A DNA stretch of 64,000 nucleotides from Azolla caroliniana. Taxonomy: Eukaryota > Plantae > Polypodiophyta. The stretch lies in contig JBHGNT010000007.1 in the NCBI GenBank assembly GCA_043228905.1, positions 18,972,001 through 19,036,000 of the forward strand, given 5' to 3'. Under the pieces are notes generated by a model. The model was not told the DNA's origin and did not search any database. It saw nothing but the letters and a program-made list of their open reading frames with translations. Below, one piece after another: positions 37,897-50,090 of this stretch; the first letter of the stretch is position 1, and each line of letters starts with the position of its first letter. A program made the position numbers and the translations under genes.

Positions 37897-40800
37897 TAGG
37901 GATCGGCAACGGCTCGGCTCAAGCCTAAACCGTTTGGCTTAGCCGGCTTGAAAACGGCTTAGCGGCTTAGCGGCTCGACTCGGCTCGGTTTAGGCTTGAG
38001 CCTGCCTTAACGGTTTGAGCTCGGCTTGGCTTGGCTTGAGCCTCGCCAAACCGGCTTGAGCCGGCTCAAGCCGACTAAGCCGGCTAGCCGTTTAAGTGAT
38101 TTAATTAGTAATTACTAGTAACTACAGTTTATTACTGAAGTCTATGTTCTAACTTCTAATTAGTCAAGAGTCTAAGTTCGAACTAGTAATCAGTGGTCAC
38201 GAGTCATGAGTCTATTGTCTATAGTGCTGAGTGTATTGTGTACACACAGACTCCAAAGTGATGACTTAAGTATTACTAATTAGGTAATAAGACTTTAGTC
38301 TCTCGAGTCTCATTGCTCAACACAGACAGACGACTCGGACTTAGGTAATAGCCTATAGGACTCTCGACACAGAAAGTGACCAGTCCATCGACACAGATGC
38401 GTGTGCGAGAGAGTGAGAGAGAGAGGTCTACTGCATAGTAGATACTACAAAGTGGAAGACGACGACTTGCTGTTGCCACCTGCGTGCATCGTGCAGCCCC
38501 GACTCCCAACTTCCAAGCCTACAAAGTGCTTTATTCCATCTATTTTACAAAGCATACAAGTAAGATTCACATAATTTCACAATATAATTATGCACATATA
38601 TGAATAATGATATTACAGACTATACGCAATTTAAAATTACTTTACCACAAGGCTCATATGAAGTAATACCCACAATCATTGTAATTTGTCACTACAGTCT
38701 ACAATGTAGACATATATGAAGTAAGATTCACAATATAATTATGCACATATATGAATAATGATATAGTCAAATTGAGCCACAATGTGGCACAATGTAATAA
38801 CTCATGATTAGAGTAGGACATTTCAAAAGAATTCATTATCTTTTATAACCAAAATTGTATAGGTACAATAACATACATTGATATGGAAGAGGTAACATCA
38901 ATATCAGCCCCTAGAGGCAAAACAAAGGCAAGAAAAAGAACTTCATGGATCGAGCAACACATGATCTCCATTAAGGACGGAGATGCATATAAGCGTCGAT
39001 GTGCCTATTGTCACTTGATGTGGGCAAGCTCTACATCTACAGGTTCTATCGCCAAGCATTTATTAGATAAGCATAATATTAATAGCACATCACAACCACA
39101 AACTTCTAGCAATGTTCTTGTCCAAAGTAACATAGATGCTACTTCATCTACATTAACTATATCTCGTACTCTAGAGAAGAAGTTTGATAGTACTGTTGTT
39201 AGATACATAGTCACATCAATGCTACCTCATGCACATATTGAGTCTTCTAGTTTTAAGAAATTAATGCATGAAGTTTTGCCCACTTATCAACTTAAATCAT
39301 CTCGTACACTTAAGAGATTAGTGTTATGAATGTATGTTGTTCTTCGCCATTTAGATATTACTTATTTGTCCTCACAAAATTTTAGATATGCTATAACATT
39401 TGATGGGTGGACAAACAACAGTTTGAAAGGATTTTATCCCGTGACTTTACATTTTGTTTGTTTCGAGTCTACTAAGCCGGCTAGTGTGCTTTTAGACTTC
39501 CTAGATGTCTTTCCGGGAGATGGGGTAGGAAAACGTGTCGGAAAAGCTTTATTCTCCCGTCTAAAATCATTTAATATCTCTTCACGGCTTCTATCTACAA
39601 CTTCTGACGGTGCTAGTGAATCTCTAGTTGCATCAAAAGAATTAGCTACGTTATTACTTTGTCATCATGGACAAGACATTTTACAATCATCACATATGTT
39701 AAGATGCATGGTGCATACATATCAACTAGGTGTAAAGTCTGCATTAGAAGTTATTACTCCTATTATGAAGTTAAGGAAGACATTACATTCTATACGCACA
39801 AGTAAAGTGAGTAGAGCTATATTTAAAAAATATTCAAAAACTATGCATGAGAATGGAGAACATGAACCACCATGTGTAGATTGCATTACTAGATGGAATT
39901 CAACCCTAATAATGTATCAACAATCCCTAAAATTAAGAGATGTCTTAATTTGTACCACAAGTGACAATGTCATTGCTAATGAGTTTGTGGACTATACACT
40001 CTCCATAGAAGATTGGAGTCATATACAAAGTATGGAACAATGGTTGCTTGTGCCTGCCAAAATTTGTAATTACTTGAGTGGGTCAAAGTATCCGACCCTC
40101 TCAATAGCCGCGTCGCGCTTGCATTCAACAACTTATTAGCACATTGTAATAAATATATTTCTATGGATATGAACTCGGTTGATTCATCCTCCGAGAAGAT
40201 TACTCTTCAAGTGCAACAAGAGGCTAGTAACAAATGCTTACAATATCTAATCAAGTACCAAGAATCCCTGAAATCTATTCCATCTCGAATCGCAATGTTT
40301 GTTGACCCGAGGTACTAATGTTTTTAACTGAAAATCCCCCTTTTTAATCTTTCTTTCTTACTAATAGTGTCTTTTGTTTGAGTGTAGAATTCCAAAACCA
40401 CCTAATCCAATTGAGAGAGACCTCGATATAGAATTGGTGCAAAGTTTCTTGACAACCCAATATCATAATCCTAATGTCGAAGATTCTCTATCCGAAGATG
40501 CATGTGAAGGATCTCCGTTTGATTTTTTGGATATTTGGGATATGAACAATGACAAATCTCATGAATCATCAGCTCGGTCAGAAATTGAAGGTTTCTTGAA
40601 GGTTCCACGAGTGAAGAGTTCCGTAGAGCCTCTACATTGGTGGTCTACCAATAGGTTTCAAGCTATATTGCATCATGTTGTATTAAACAAATTTGTTATT
40701 GTTGGTAATTAATGAACACATTTTGATAGTATCTTTTTTCTGATTTGAAACAAATCCATTTTTCCAAGGATGTATAAAATGGCATGCGATTATTTGGCTA

Positions 40801-41190
40801 TTCCAGCTTCATCAATGCCTTCAGAGGAAGCTAACTCCGAAGCTCGTGATAACTTCGACGATAGGCAACGGTTGCATTCATGCACTTTCAAGGCTGAGAT
40901 GTGCATACGATCTTGGATAGATCTACTTGATAGTGTTAATATTCCAATTCCTGAAGATATTAATGATGCATATGATACTTTAGATATCAATTTAGAAGAG
41001 ATTATTGTTGAGGATGATGTTATTGAATACTTATACTTGGACAAGTGATTTTTTTGGAATATTATGACTTGGGACAATTATGACGATCAATTATTGGAAT
41101 AGTCAAATTTTTCTCGTTGTTTTTCTTTAATTATATATTAGTTAAATTTGCCTTGCATTTCACATTTTATGTTTTCTTGTTGTTTTTCTC
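37897..41190 (+). mobile_element. hAT transposon 2 (same family as hAT 1), right end missing; transposase pseudogene 38883-41048
   Basis: Left TIR TAGGGATCGGCAACGG; transposase closely similar to 18886-21096; abuts chromovirus RT without a right TIR. Confidence 0.9.
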
Positions 41191-43660
41191 TGTCAAGAAA
41201 AAGGATGGCTCACTTCGTCTGGTGGTAGATAGATTACTATGGCTTGAATAAAGTTACTATCCGCAATAGGTATGCACTTCCCCTTATCTCAAGTATTTTA
41301 GAACGGATCAATGGTGCCAGGTTCTTCACAAAGATCGACTTACAGGGGGCCTATAACCTCATACGTATCCGACCAGGAGATGAATGGAAACCGTGTTCCG
41401 CACTAGATATGGGCACTACGAGTATACGGTCATGTCGTTCGGCCTCACTAATGCACCAGCAGTCTTCCAGCACATGGCAAATGATATATTCTGAAATCTC
41501 TTGGATGTGTGTCTGATCATCTACTTGGATGATCTACTGGTTTATTCAAAGACCGAAGAAGAGCATGATTCTCATGTACTGTTAGTACTAAAACGACTTC
41601 GAGAACATGGTCAAAGCTAGAAAAATGTAGTTTCGGGTGCAACCAGGTGGAATTTCTCGGCTACGTCATTTCATCAAAAGTCATCTCCATGGACCCAGCT
41701 AAGGTCAATACGGTGGTAGAATGGCAGGGTCCGCGCTCGGTGCAGGATGTGCAATGCTTTTTAGGCTTTGCCAATTTTTATCGGAAGTTTATACAAGATT
41801 ACTCAAAGCTTGTTCTGCCTCTCACACAGCTTACCAGGAAGGGACAATCGTTCATTTGGTTTGATGAAGCAGATATGGCTTTCGAGAGTCTTAAAAAGGC
41901 ATTTACATCCGCTCCAATTCTAGCTCATGTCGATCCGGAACAACCATGCATTATCGAAGCTGACCCATCAGATTTCGCATTGGGGAGCATTCTGTCATAA
42001 CGGGGTCATGATGAGAAGCTACATCCTGTGGCTTTTCACTCACGCAAGTTTGACGCCGCCGAAATCAATTACGAAATTTATGATAAGGAGCTATTGGCAA
42101 TAGTGGACTCGTTTATGCAATGGAGGCATTTTTTAGAGGGATCCTCTCATCAAGTCACCGTATTCAGTGACCATAAAAACCCTGCCTACTTTCACGATGC
42201 TCGTGTGTTAAATCGACGTCAAGCCCGGTGGGCCCACTTCCTCACGCGTTTTGACTTCAAAATTACATATCGTCTGGGCAAGCACCAAGGGAAGGCAGAT
42301 GCATTATCACGGCGTTCGTATCTAACACCGCGTCCCGGCGAGCCAGCTTTCGATAACCAAAAGCAAGTAATCTTGGGACCGGCACGACTGCAAGCAACAC
42401 AGGTTTTTGGCATGCCCATGGATTCCCACGTTATCAATATCATACGTGCGGACCTGAAGACAAATGCTTTCGCCCAAGCTATACTAGCACAAATTGATCC
42501 CTCCCGAGCGTCATGTTCACAGTCGCAACCACCAGGTACGGACTATCGGCAATTCAAATACCATGATGGATTACTCTTCTTTAAAGAACTTTTGTATGTT
42601 CCTAATGGTTCTTGCCGCCTTCAAGTAGTACAAAACTGTCATGACACATATACAGCTGGGCATTTTGGTAGTACTAAAACATTAGATTTAGTACAATGAT
42701 CGTTCTGGTGGCCCTGTATGCGACAATTTGTCGAAGATTTTGTTCGGACTTGTGATACATGCTGCAGAACGAAAATGCCAAAGCATCATCCATATGGTTT
42801 ATTAGAACCATTACCAATTCCAAGCAAGCCGTGGCAATCCATTGCTCTCGACTTCATCATAGGTAGCAATGGGCGCGGTTCGGTTTCGGTTCGGTTCGGT
42901 TTCTTGACATTGAAACCAAACCAAACCGGTTATTCATAATAAAAACCAAACCAAACCATTTAAAAATTTTGAAACCATTTAAACCAAACCATTTAATATG
43001 TAGGAGAAACCAAACCGTTTACGTAAAATGTAGAACCAAACCAAACCGGTTTATCAAAAATCAAAACCAAACCAGTTTATCATACATCATAACCAAACCA
43101 AACCAAATTTTTTTTGACATAATCCAACCAACACGAAACTATAAATTGAACCAAATCAAAGACTAGAACACTATAAAATAACAGAAATTTACAACACATT
43201 TTCTGAAAATTGCTAATTTGTGAAAAATGATAATATATAACATAAAAAGATAAATGTTTTTTGGAATGATAACAAAAATCCATACAATAGAGTTCAAACT
43301 TCAAATCTATATATGTTGAAATCCATATATGTAACTTAAGAACAACAATCCATATAATAGAGTTCCAAATCCATAGGACCATATATGTAAACTTAATCCA
43401 GCCTTTTGTTTCCAATGTTTGAATAAGGGATTCCTGAAAGTATAAAATACGCAAAAGACTTAAGTAATTCATAATAACAAATTTAAAGAATCGAATAAAA
43501 AACAAAATAGTAATTAGTATGTAATAAAAATTACAATGACTTTGAAGATCTCCAATTGCAAACACTATTGTCGTTAACTTGCCAAAAATCAACATGATTC
43601 CTATACATATAAAATACATAAAAACAAGTAATTATTAATAAAAATATTTTAAGTAAAGAC

Positions 43661-45800
43661 TCAAATAAAAAACAACCAAGTAACAAGTATGCAAACCTTA
43701 ATTTTCCTTTGACTATCATGTAATATGTAATCTATTACCTCGTCTTCAGCAACAAGATCATCCAAATTCATTGTTAGTTCTGCATAAGTGGTGTGAAAAT
43801 TATCTATCAACTGAACATTACATTCTTTTAAAACATTCATCCATGATCGAATGCACATTTCAGCTTTGAAAGTGCACGAATGTAGTTTGATCCTGTTATC
43901 AAAGGTCATTTTTGCTGCCGAATTAGCCTCTTCAGCAGGTACTGATGATGCTGGTATAGTGAGGTAATCACATGCCATCCTATATAGTGAAGGCATTACC
44001 GATTTATTATCATTCCACCATTGTAAAGGATCCTTGTCCGTGCTAGCCGAAGGAAATCTCATAAAATGCTCAATTTCTAACCGTGAATCAGAAACAAGAC
44101 TTTTATTATTTACGCCCATTGACGTCCAAATTTTAGAGTTCTTATCATTTTCATGTATTGTGGTTGAAGCCGAAGGTGGTTCAACATCACTCGTGAATGA
44201 GTGATAATGGGACTCAATCATGCTTTCAACCAACTTAATATCTAACTCTCTTTCTGTATGATTATTTGGAAGAGGCAATCTACAAAACAAATAAAACGGT
44301 TTTAAACTCATATAAAAAATCAGAAATCATGATGATAATTGTAAGATATAAAGGTAAGCATTACCTGGGATCAAGAAACATTGTTATGCGAGATGGAATA
44401 GACTTTAACGATTCTTGATACTTAATTAAATATTGTAAGTAGTTCTCAGACGCTCTTTGAAGCACCTCTTGTATGAATCTAGATGATCCTGGAAGTGAAG
44501 AATCTAAAAATTGATTGCAATGATTTAGTAAACAATTATATGCTAGTGATGCTAGTGATAATGTAGGATATCTTGACCCTCCCAGAAAAGTAGAAACCTC
44601 GGCCGGTGTATCTAGCCATTCCGCCATGGCATGTATGTGACTCCAATCTTCTCTAGTCAAGACATAACCATTGAAATCACTTGATATTTTTAAATCTGAA
44701 ATTGTAAAATTCAATACATCTCTATCCCTGATAGCTTGCCTAAACATTTCCAAGGTAGAATTCCATCTTGTAACAACATCAAGCCTTGGGGGTTCCCTTT
44801 CATGATGTTCAACCATCCTAGCATACTTCCTAAACACTTCCCTTCGAACCTTGCTAGATCTAATAGTATGGAGCATTGTTCTCAACTTTTCTGTTGAGGG
44901 TGAGATAACCTCTAATGTTGCCTTGATACCCAACTGAAAAGTGTGTACCATACATCTTAACATATGTGATGGAGCCAAAATTTCCTTACCATGCTCATCT
45001 TGTAACAACATGCTCAACTCCTTTGCAGCTACTTGTGCATCACTCGCTCCATCAAAAATTGTAGCTAAGAGGCGACTAGAAATATCAAAGGATCGAAGTC
45101 GAGCAAAGAGGGCATGTGCACAACGCTTCCTTGATCCAACACCTGGAAATACATGCACAAAATCCAATAACATTGACCTCGACCTTGCTGTCTCATGACA
45201 TGCCCAATGAAGTGTCACTGAGTAGAAGCCCTTCAAACTACGATTTGACCAACCATCAAAAGTTATGGAAAATCTTGATTGGCATTTCGATAGCAAATCA
45301 ATCACCTGATGACGCAACACCACATACATTTCTAGGATGGAACGCTTAATCGTGCGTCTTGTCTTAACTTGATATCCGAGTACAATTTGTTGTATGAACT
45401 CCTTAAATTCAGGTGATTCCACATGTGCATGGGGCAATGTTCCCTTCACAATATACTTCATGATGGGTGCATCAATTTTCTTCTCTAAAACATGAGATAC
45501 TCTAGCAGACTCAATTGAAGATTGAATGTGTTGTGATATACCTGAATTTTGGTCAAGGTCGCTTGATAAACGATGCTTTTCTGCTAAATGTTTAGCTATA
45601 GTGCCTGTGGATGTTGTAGAAGACCAACAAACATGGTAATGATGGCATCGTCGTCGAGGTGTGCCATTATCCATATAAAATATGATGTGAGCATCTGTCC
45701 ATGATGTGCGTTGCCTTTTTCTTGAGCTACTCGTTGACCCACGGCTAACATCAATTGAAGATGAGTCCACTGCAACATTAGTTTGAGATGATGATTCCAT
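43661..45800 (-). CDS. hAT transposase, two exons (45800-44365, 44279-43661), ~685 aa, frame open after splicing
   Basis: 85-bp GT-AG intron 44364-44280 joins DPR-LPLP in frame; ITFDGWS, FDGASD, CMVH, TRWNST, PASSVPAEE; BED finger has CHHY instead of CxxC. Confidence 0.82.
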
Positions 45801-46379
45801 TTTATGGTGTTCCTATAAAATTCAATTAACTCAATTAGCACATTTCAAATACATGATAATGAGATAAATAAATGAAATAGAAAGTTTGCTAAGTTAACTA
45901 AGAACAGAAAAACAACCATTGTGTCCAATGGCAAACATTCTACAAGACCATAATTCCAAATTGTTATAAACACAGAGAAAGAAGACATGTTAACACATTG
46001 TTACACTTCAGAGAAAGAAAGATTGTACATGTTAATACATAAGTTGTCTTTACGAGTATTGTTCAACAATCCAATGCAAAATATGTATGCATAAAAAGCT
46101 TATTATGAAGCTAGAAATAAATAGAGCTAGGGTTAATTATTGCGGAGATAACTTCAATCAGAGCACGTAAGTTTGGACCTTGATAATCAAATCAAGCCAA
46201 TATATGTACACAATTTTGATAGCCAAATAATCAATGCTATTTCTGAACATAGTTTAGTTGAACATATCGGGTGGAAACTAGAGGTATAACATTTTATCAT
46301 GTTTCTTTGAACATATCTACAAGTTTCTTTGCTAAAAACCTTCAATTTTACCTACCATCAATCAGATTCACCTTATCAA

Positions 46380-47120
46380 AATGATTTGAATGCAGAAAGA
46401 GAATCAATTTTGACATTAGACCAAACTTAGATTAACAGTGCCATTGCTAAATCTGGAATGGTCTTGCAAAATGATCAAGAAGTTAATGAGCAAAATGTTT
46501 TAGATGCAAAAAGGGATAAAATTGGATTAGGGTCAATTTCCACATTAGGAAAAACTGGATTAGGGTCAATGTCTACATTGCAAAATGATCAAGAAGTTAA
46601 TGAGCAAAATATCTTCAGATTTACAGATAAGGAGGAAAATGAATCATAGACCCCAAATTAAACCATATTAGGGTCAATTTCCACATTAGGAAAAACTCAG
46701 ATCGACAATGCCATGGTTGACTCTGGCATGGATTTGCAAATGATCAAGATGTGAATGACCAGAATGTATTCATTGCATAAAGAGAGAAAATTGGGTCAAA
46801 GCCCATAGATTCAACTAGGTTAGGATAAGCTTAGATTGGTAATACCATTACCAATTCTGGAAATGGTTCCAATGCCGAGGAGTAAAATGTCTTCAGATTT
46901 GCTGACAAGGAGGAAAATGAAAAAGAGACCCCAAATTTGACCATATTGGGGCCGATTTCCACATTAGGAAAAAGTCAGATCGACAATAGCATGGGTGATT
47001 CTGGCATGGACTTGCAAAATTATCAGAATGTGAACGAGCAAAATGTATTCATTGCAGAAAGGGAGAAAACTGGATCAAAGCCCTTAGATTCAACTGAGTT
47101 AGGACAAAATTAGATTGACA
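46380..47120 (+). pseudogene. Decayed internally repetitive coding-like fragment inside hAT 3
   Basis: ~278-bp higher-order repeat (46606 vs 46884) translating to similar peptides (QNDQEVNEQNV, STLGKTQIDN) with stops. Confidence 0.55.
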
Positions 47121-50090
47121 TAATTCTTATTTTGGGAAATCATTCTCTTAAACATGGGTGTGGGTTTCTCATGAATAAAATGTACCTCAATTCAAATCTT
47201 ATCCTTTGTAATGTTAATTGTGTGGCAAAAATTTGACTTGAGAAAACCACATGAGATCATTATGAAAATAATTTAGTAGCCAAATACTAATTTGGCAATA
47301 GGCTCACAAAACATCAAAGGGGGTTACTTTCTTCTCGACATTGGCAAGTGAATTCATTGTGATCACTTTTTTTTGTTCAGAGACTAAGTGTTTTTGCTTC
47401 AGCACGGTCTGCATCTAAATATAATAGAATTGTGAAAGAAAAACATTACGTGTTGCTAAATTTTACCCTCATGGATTAGTAAATTAGGATATGAAAGAGA
47501 AATGGATTGACATAAAAAATCTCATTCTCTGCCTGTAGAAAAAAAATCCTGATAATCATGAAAATCAAAGCTTTTGATGATTGTGTGTCTGAAAAAAAGA
47601 GCTTTTTATGAGGTGGATGCATCGTGCACAAGACCCTTTAAGCTTATGGACATCCAAACTCTTAGAATTCTAGTGCCATTAGAGAAAATAAAACATGAGA
47701 CATGTGTGTGACAGTATTTATTATCATCATTTCTTCATGGCCCTAGATCATTATGTCTATATTCACTTCTTCACAGTTATTTGTTTCTGGATATAAATCT
47801 TGACTTTTCTATAACCTGTATATGTGCATGTATGTGTGTGTATGGTCCATGGATGTATGGATGCATGTAGGTGTTACTTCTCTCTCAAACAAAGTTGGGT
47901 TTTCTCGTTTGATTTGCAGCAATTAGGAGCCATCCATGTTTTCTTTTGGGTGAACAAATGGTGGAAATGAACCTGATTCAACTTTAGATTCAGAGATGAA
48001 TCATACCTGCGTTATAGGCGGCAATAGCAACAATAAGAGGACTGGAGTATGGATAATTGAGGAGTGAAGAAAAGAACACGATTAGAACTTAGAAGTTAGA
48101 AGTCTGCACTCTGGAGTCTGAAGAGCAATGAAGTGGTGATTGGTCGTTGTCGCCTCTGCCTGCACAGTGCCGCTTGCGTAGTGCACCTCCTTAATCCCTT
48201 CTGTTCGATAGTAGTCTTAGCCTTTAGGTCTATAGACTATTACACAATGGCAAATGGCAAATGCCCATAGTAAAAATAGGAAGGGTATAATTTATAAAAT
48301 TGAAAATTTAGGGGTAGGGTAATAACCTATAAACCTATAAACCGAACCAAATTAATAGAAACAGTTAAACCGATAAACCGATAAACCGATAAACCGATAA
48401 ATGTTAAACCGAACTGAACCGAAACCAAACCGAACTTACATTCTTTAAACCAAACCAAACTCATTATTTAATTTTGAACCGATAAACCGTTAAGCCACGG
48501 TTTATCGGTTCGGTTCGGTTTGAGCCGAAACCGTGCCCATTGCTAATCATAGATCTTCCAGTCTCCAAGGGGTTCAATGCGATTCTCACAATGGTAGATC
48601 GATATACGAAGATGGCTCATTTCTTGCCATGTACTAAGGAAATCTCCAGTGAAGACACCGCCAAAATTGTCATGCGTGAAGTATGTCAGCATCATGAACT
48701 TCCCGATAGTATCGTCAGTGACCGTGGACCCCAGTTTGTGTCAAAATTCTGGAAGCACCTTTTTAAAATGCTCAAGGTCACTTGTAACCTCTCTTCCGGC
48801 TATCACCCACAAACCGACGGCCAAGCCGAACGAACAAATCAAACATTGGAGCAGTATTTGTGGTGCTTTCTCAGGTATCATTAGGATAACTGGGCAAATA
48901 TTCTCCACTTCGCCGAATTTTCCTATAATAACTCTATCCACGCATCGACTAAAGTTACGTCATTTTATGCTTATACGGGATGTCATCCTCGGTGGAGTGT
49001 ACTTGAAACCCCAGAGGTGTCCACAAATCCTTGCGCGAAGGATCGTTTGGAGCAGTTACGCAAGATACAAGCTTATTTATCTACTCATCTCCAGCAAGCT
49101 CAACAAACACACAAGGTCTACACGAATCGTCATCGACTTCCATCTAGTTTTAACATTGGAGACCGGGTGTGGTTGCTACGACGACACATCGAGACTACTG
49201 CCCATGTGAGAAGTTGGATTATCGGCGATTGGGTACTTTCCGTATTATTGGAAAGATTAATGATGTCACTTTTCGTCTCGATCTACCTCCTCAACTTCGG
49301 ATACATCCGGTCTTTCATAGTTCTCTCCTCGAACCCTATCACGAGAGCACCATCCCAGGATGTATTATACAACCTCCACCACCGATCGAGCTTGAAGATG
49401 GACCAGAGTACGAGGTTTCCGCCATCCTTGATTCCAAGATTGTTCGCAACAAGCTCTACTATCTAGTCGATTGGCTAGGCTATAGTCCCAGTGAACGTAC
49501 TTGGGAACCGATCGAGAATGTGACCAATGCTCGTGCGCTTCTTGAAGACTTCCATCGTCAATATCCTCCATCCAAAACGACTCGTGACACTCGTCGTTTT
49601 AAAGAGAGGATAGTGTCATGATATGGCAAGACTCGAACCCATGACCTTAGGTTATATGGGTCGAGCTCTTAACCATTATATCATCTATTATAATACGTAA
49701 GATATTATTTTTAGTTACATGATTTTATTATAGGAAATTAATATATATTCCAGATTTCTCTGGAACATTCTAGAAGCTTCAGGATCACTCCTGAGAACAC
49801 TATAAAAGAGGGCACTAGGCATTATGTTGAACCAAATTGGTTCAACGCCAGTCTTTAGCCTCATAGCCCTTTTGTACTTACTCCTCTTATAATATATAAT
49901 CTGTTATCATCATCTCTCTCTCTCTCTCTCTCTCGTCCTCGCTATCTCTCTCTCTCTCCTCTTCTCTCTTCCTCTCTTGGGAGTCTTACGCAGTACCATC
50001 CTCTTAGTACTGATAGTACTTCCCTTCTCTAGTACTAATTCTCTCTCTGTTTAGTACTAATCCTCTCTCTGTTTAGTACTATTCCTGACA

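Larger units (their letters stand above)
42864..48545 (-). mobile_element. hAT transposon 3, complete ends
   Basis: TIRs TAGCAATGGGC(G/A)CGGTT; 8-bp TSD ATCATAGG/ATCATAGA; AAACC/AAACCG subterminal arrays. Confidence 0.93.
41191..50090 (+). mobile_element. Chromovirus copy 3, 5'-truncated and degenerate, interrupted by hAT 3; 3' LTR 49614-50090
   Basis: RT-RNase H-integrase 41191-42863 and 48546-49621 with stops and frameshifts; LTR TGTCA...TGACA. Confidence 0.92.

Noticed and set aside
43080-43619. Hydrophobic 179-aa ORF in the hAT 3 terminal region and similar AT-rich ORFs such as 15298-15699
   Set aside because: Low-complexity F/I/L/Y-rich translations typical of AT-rich non-coding DNA.
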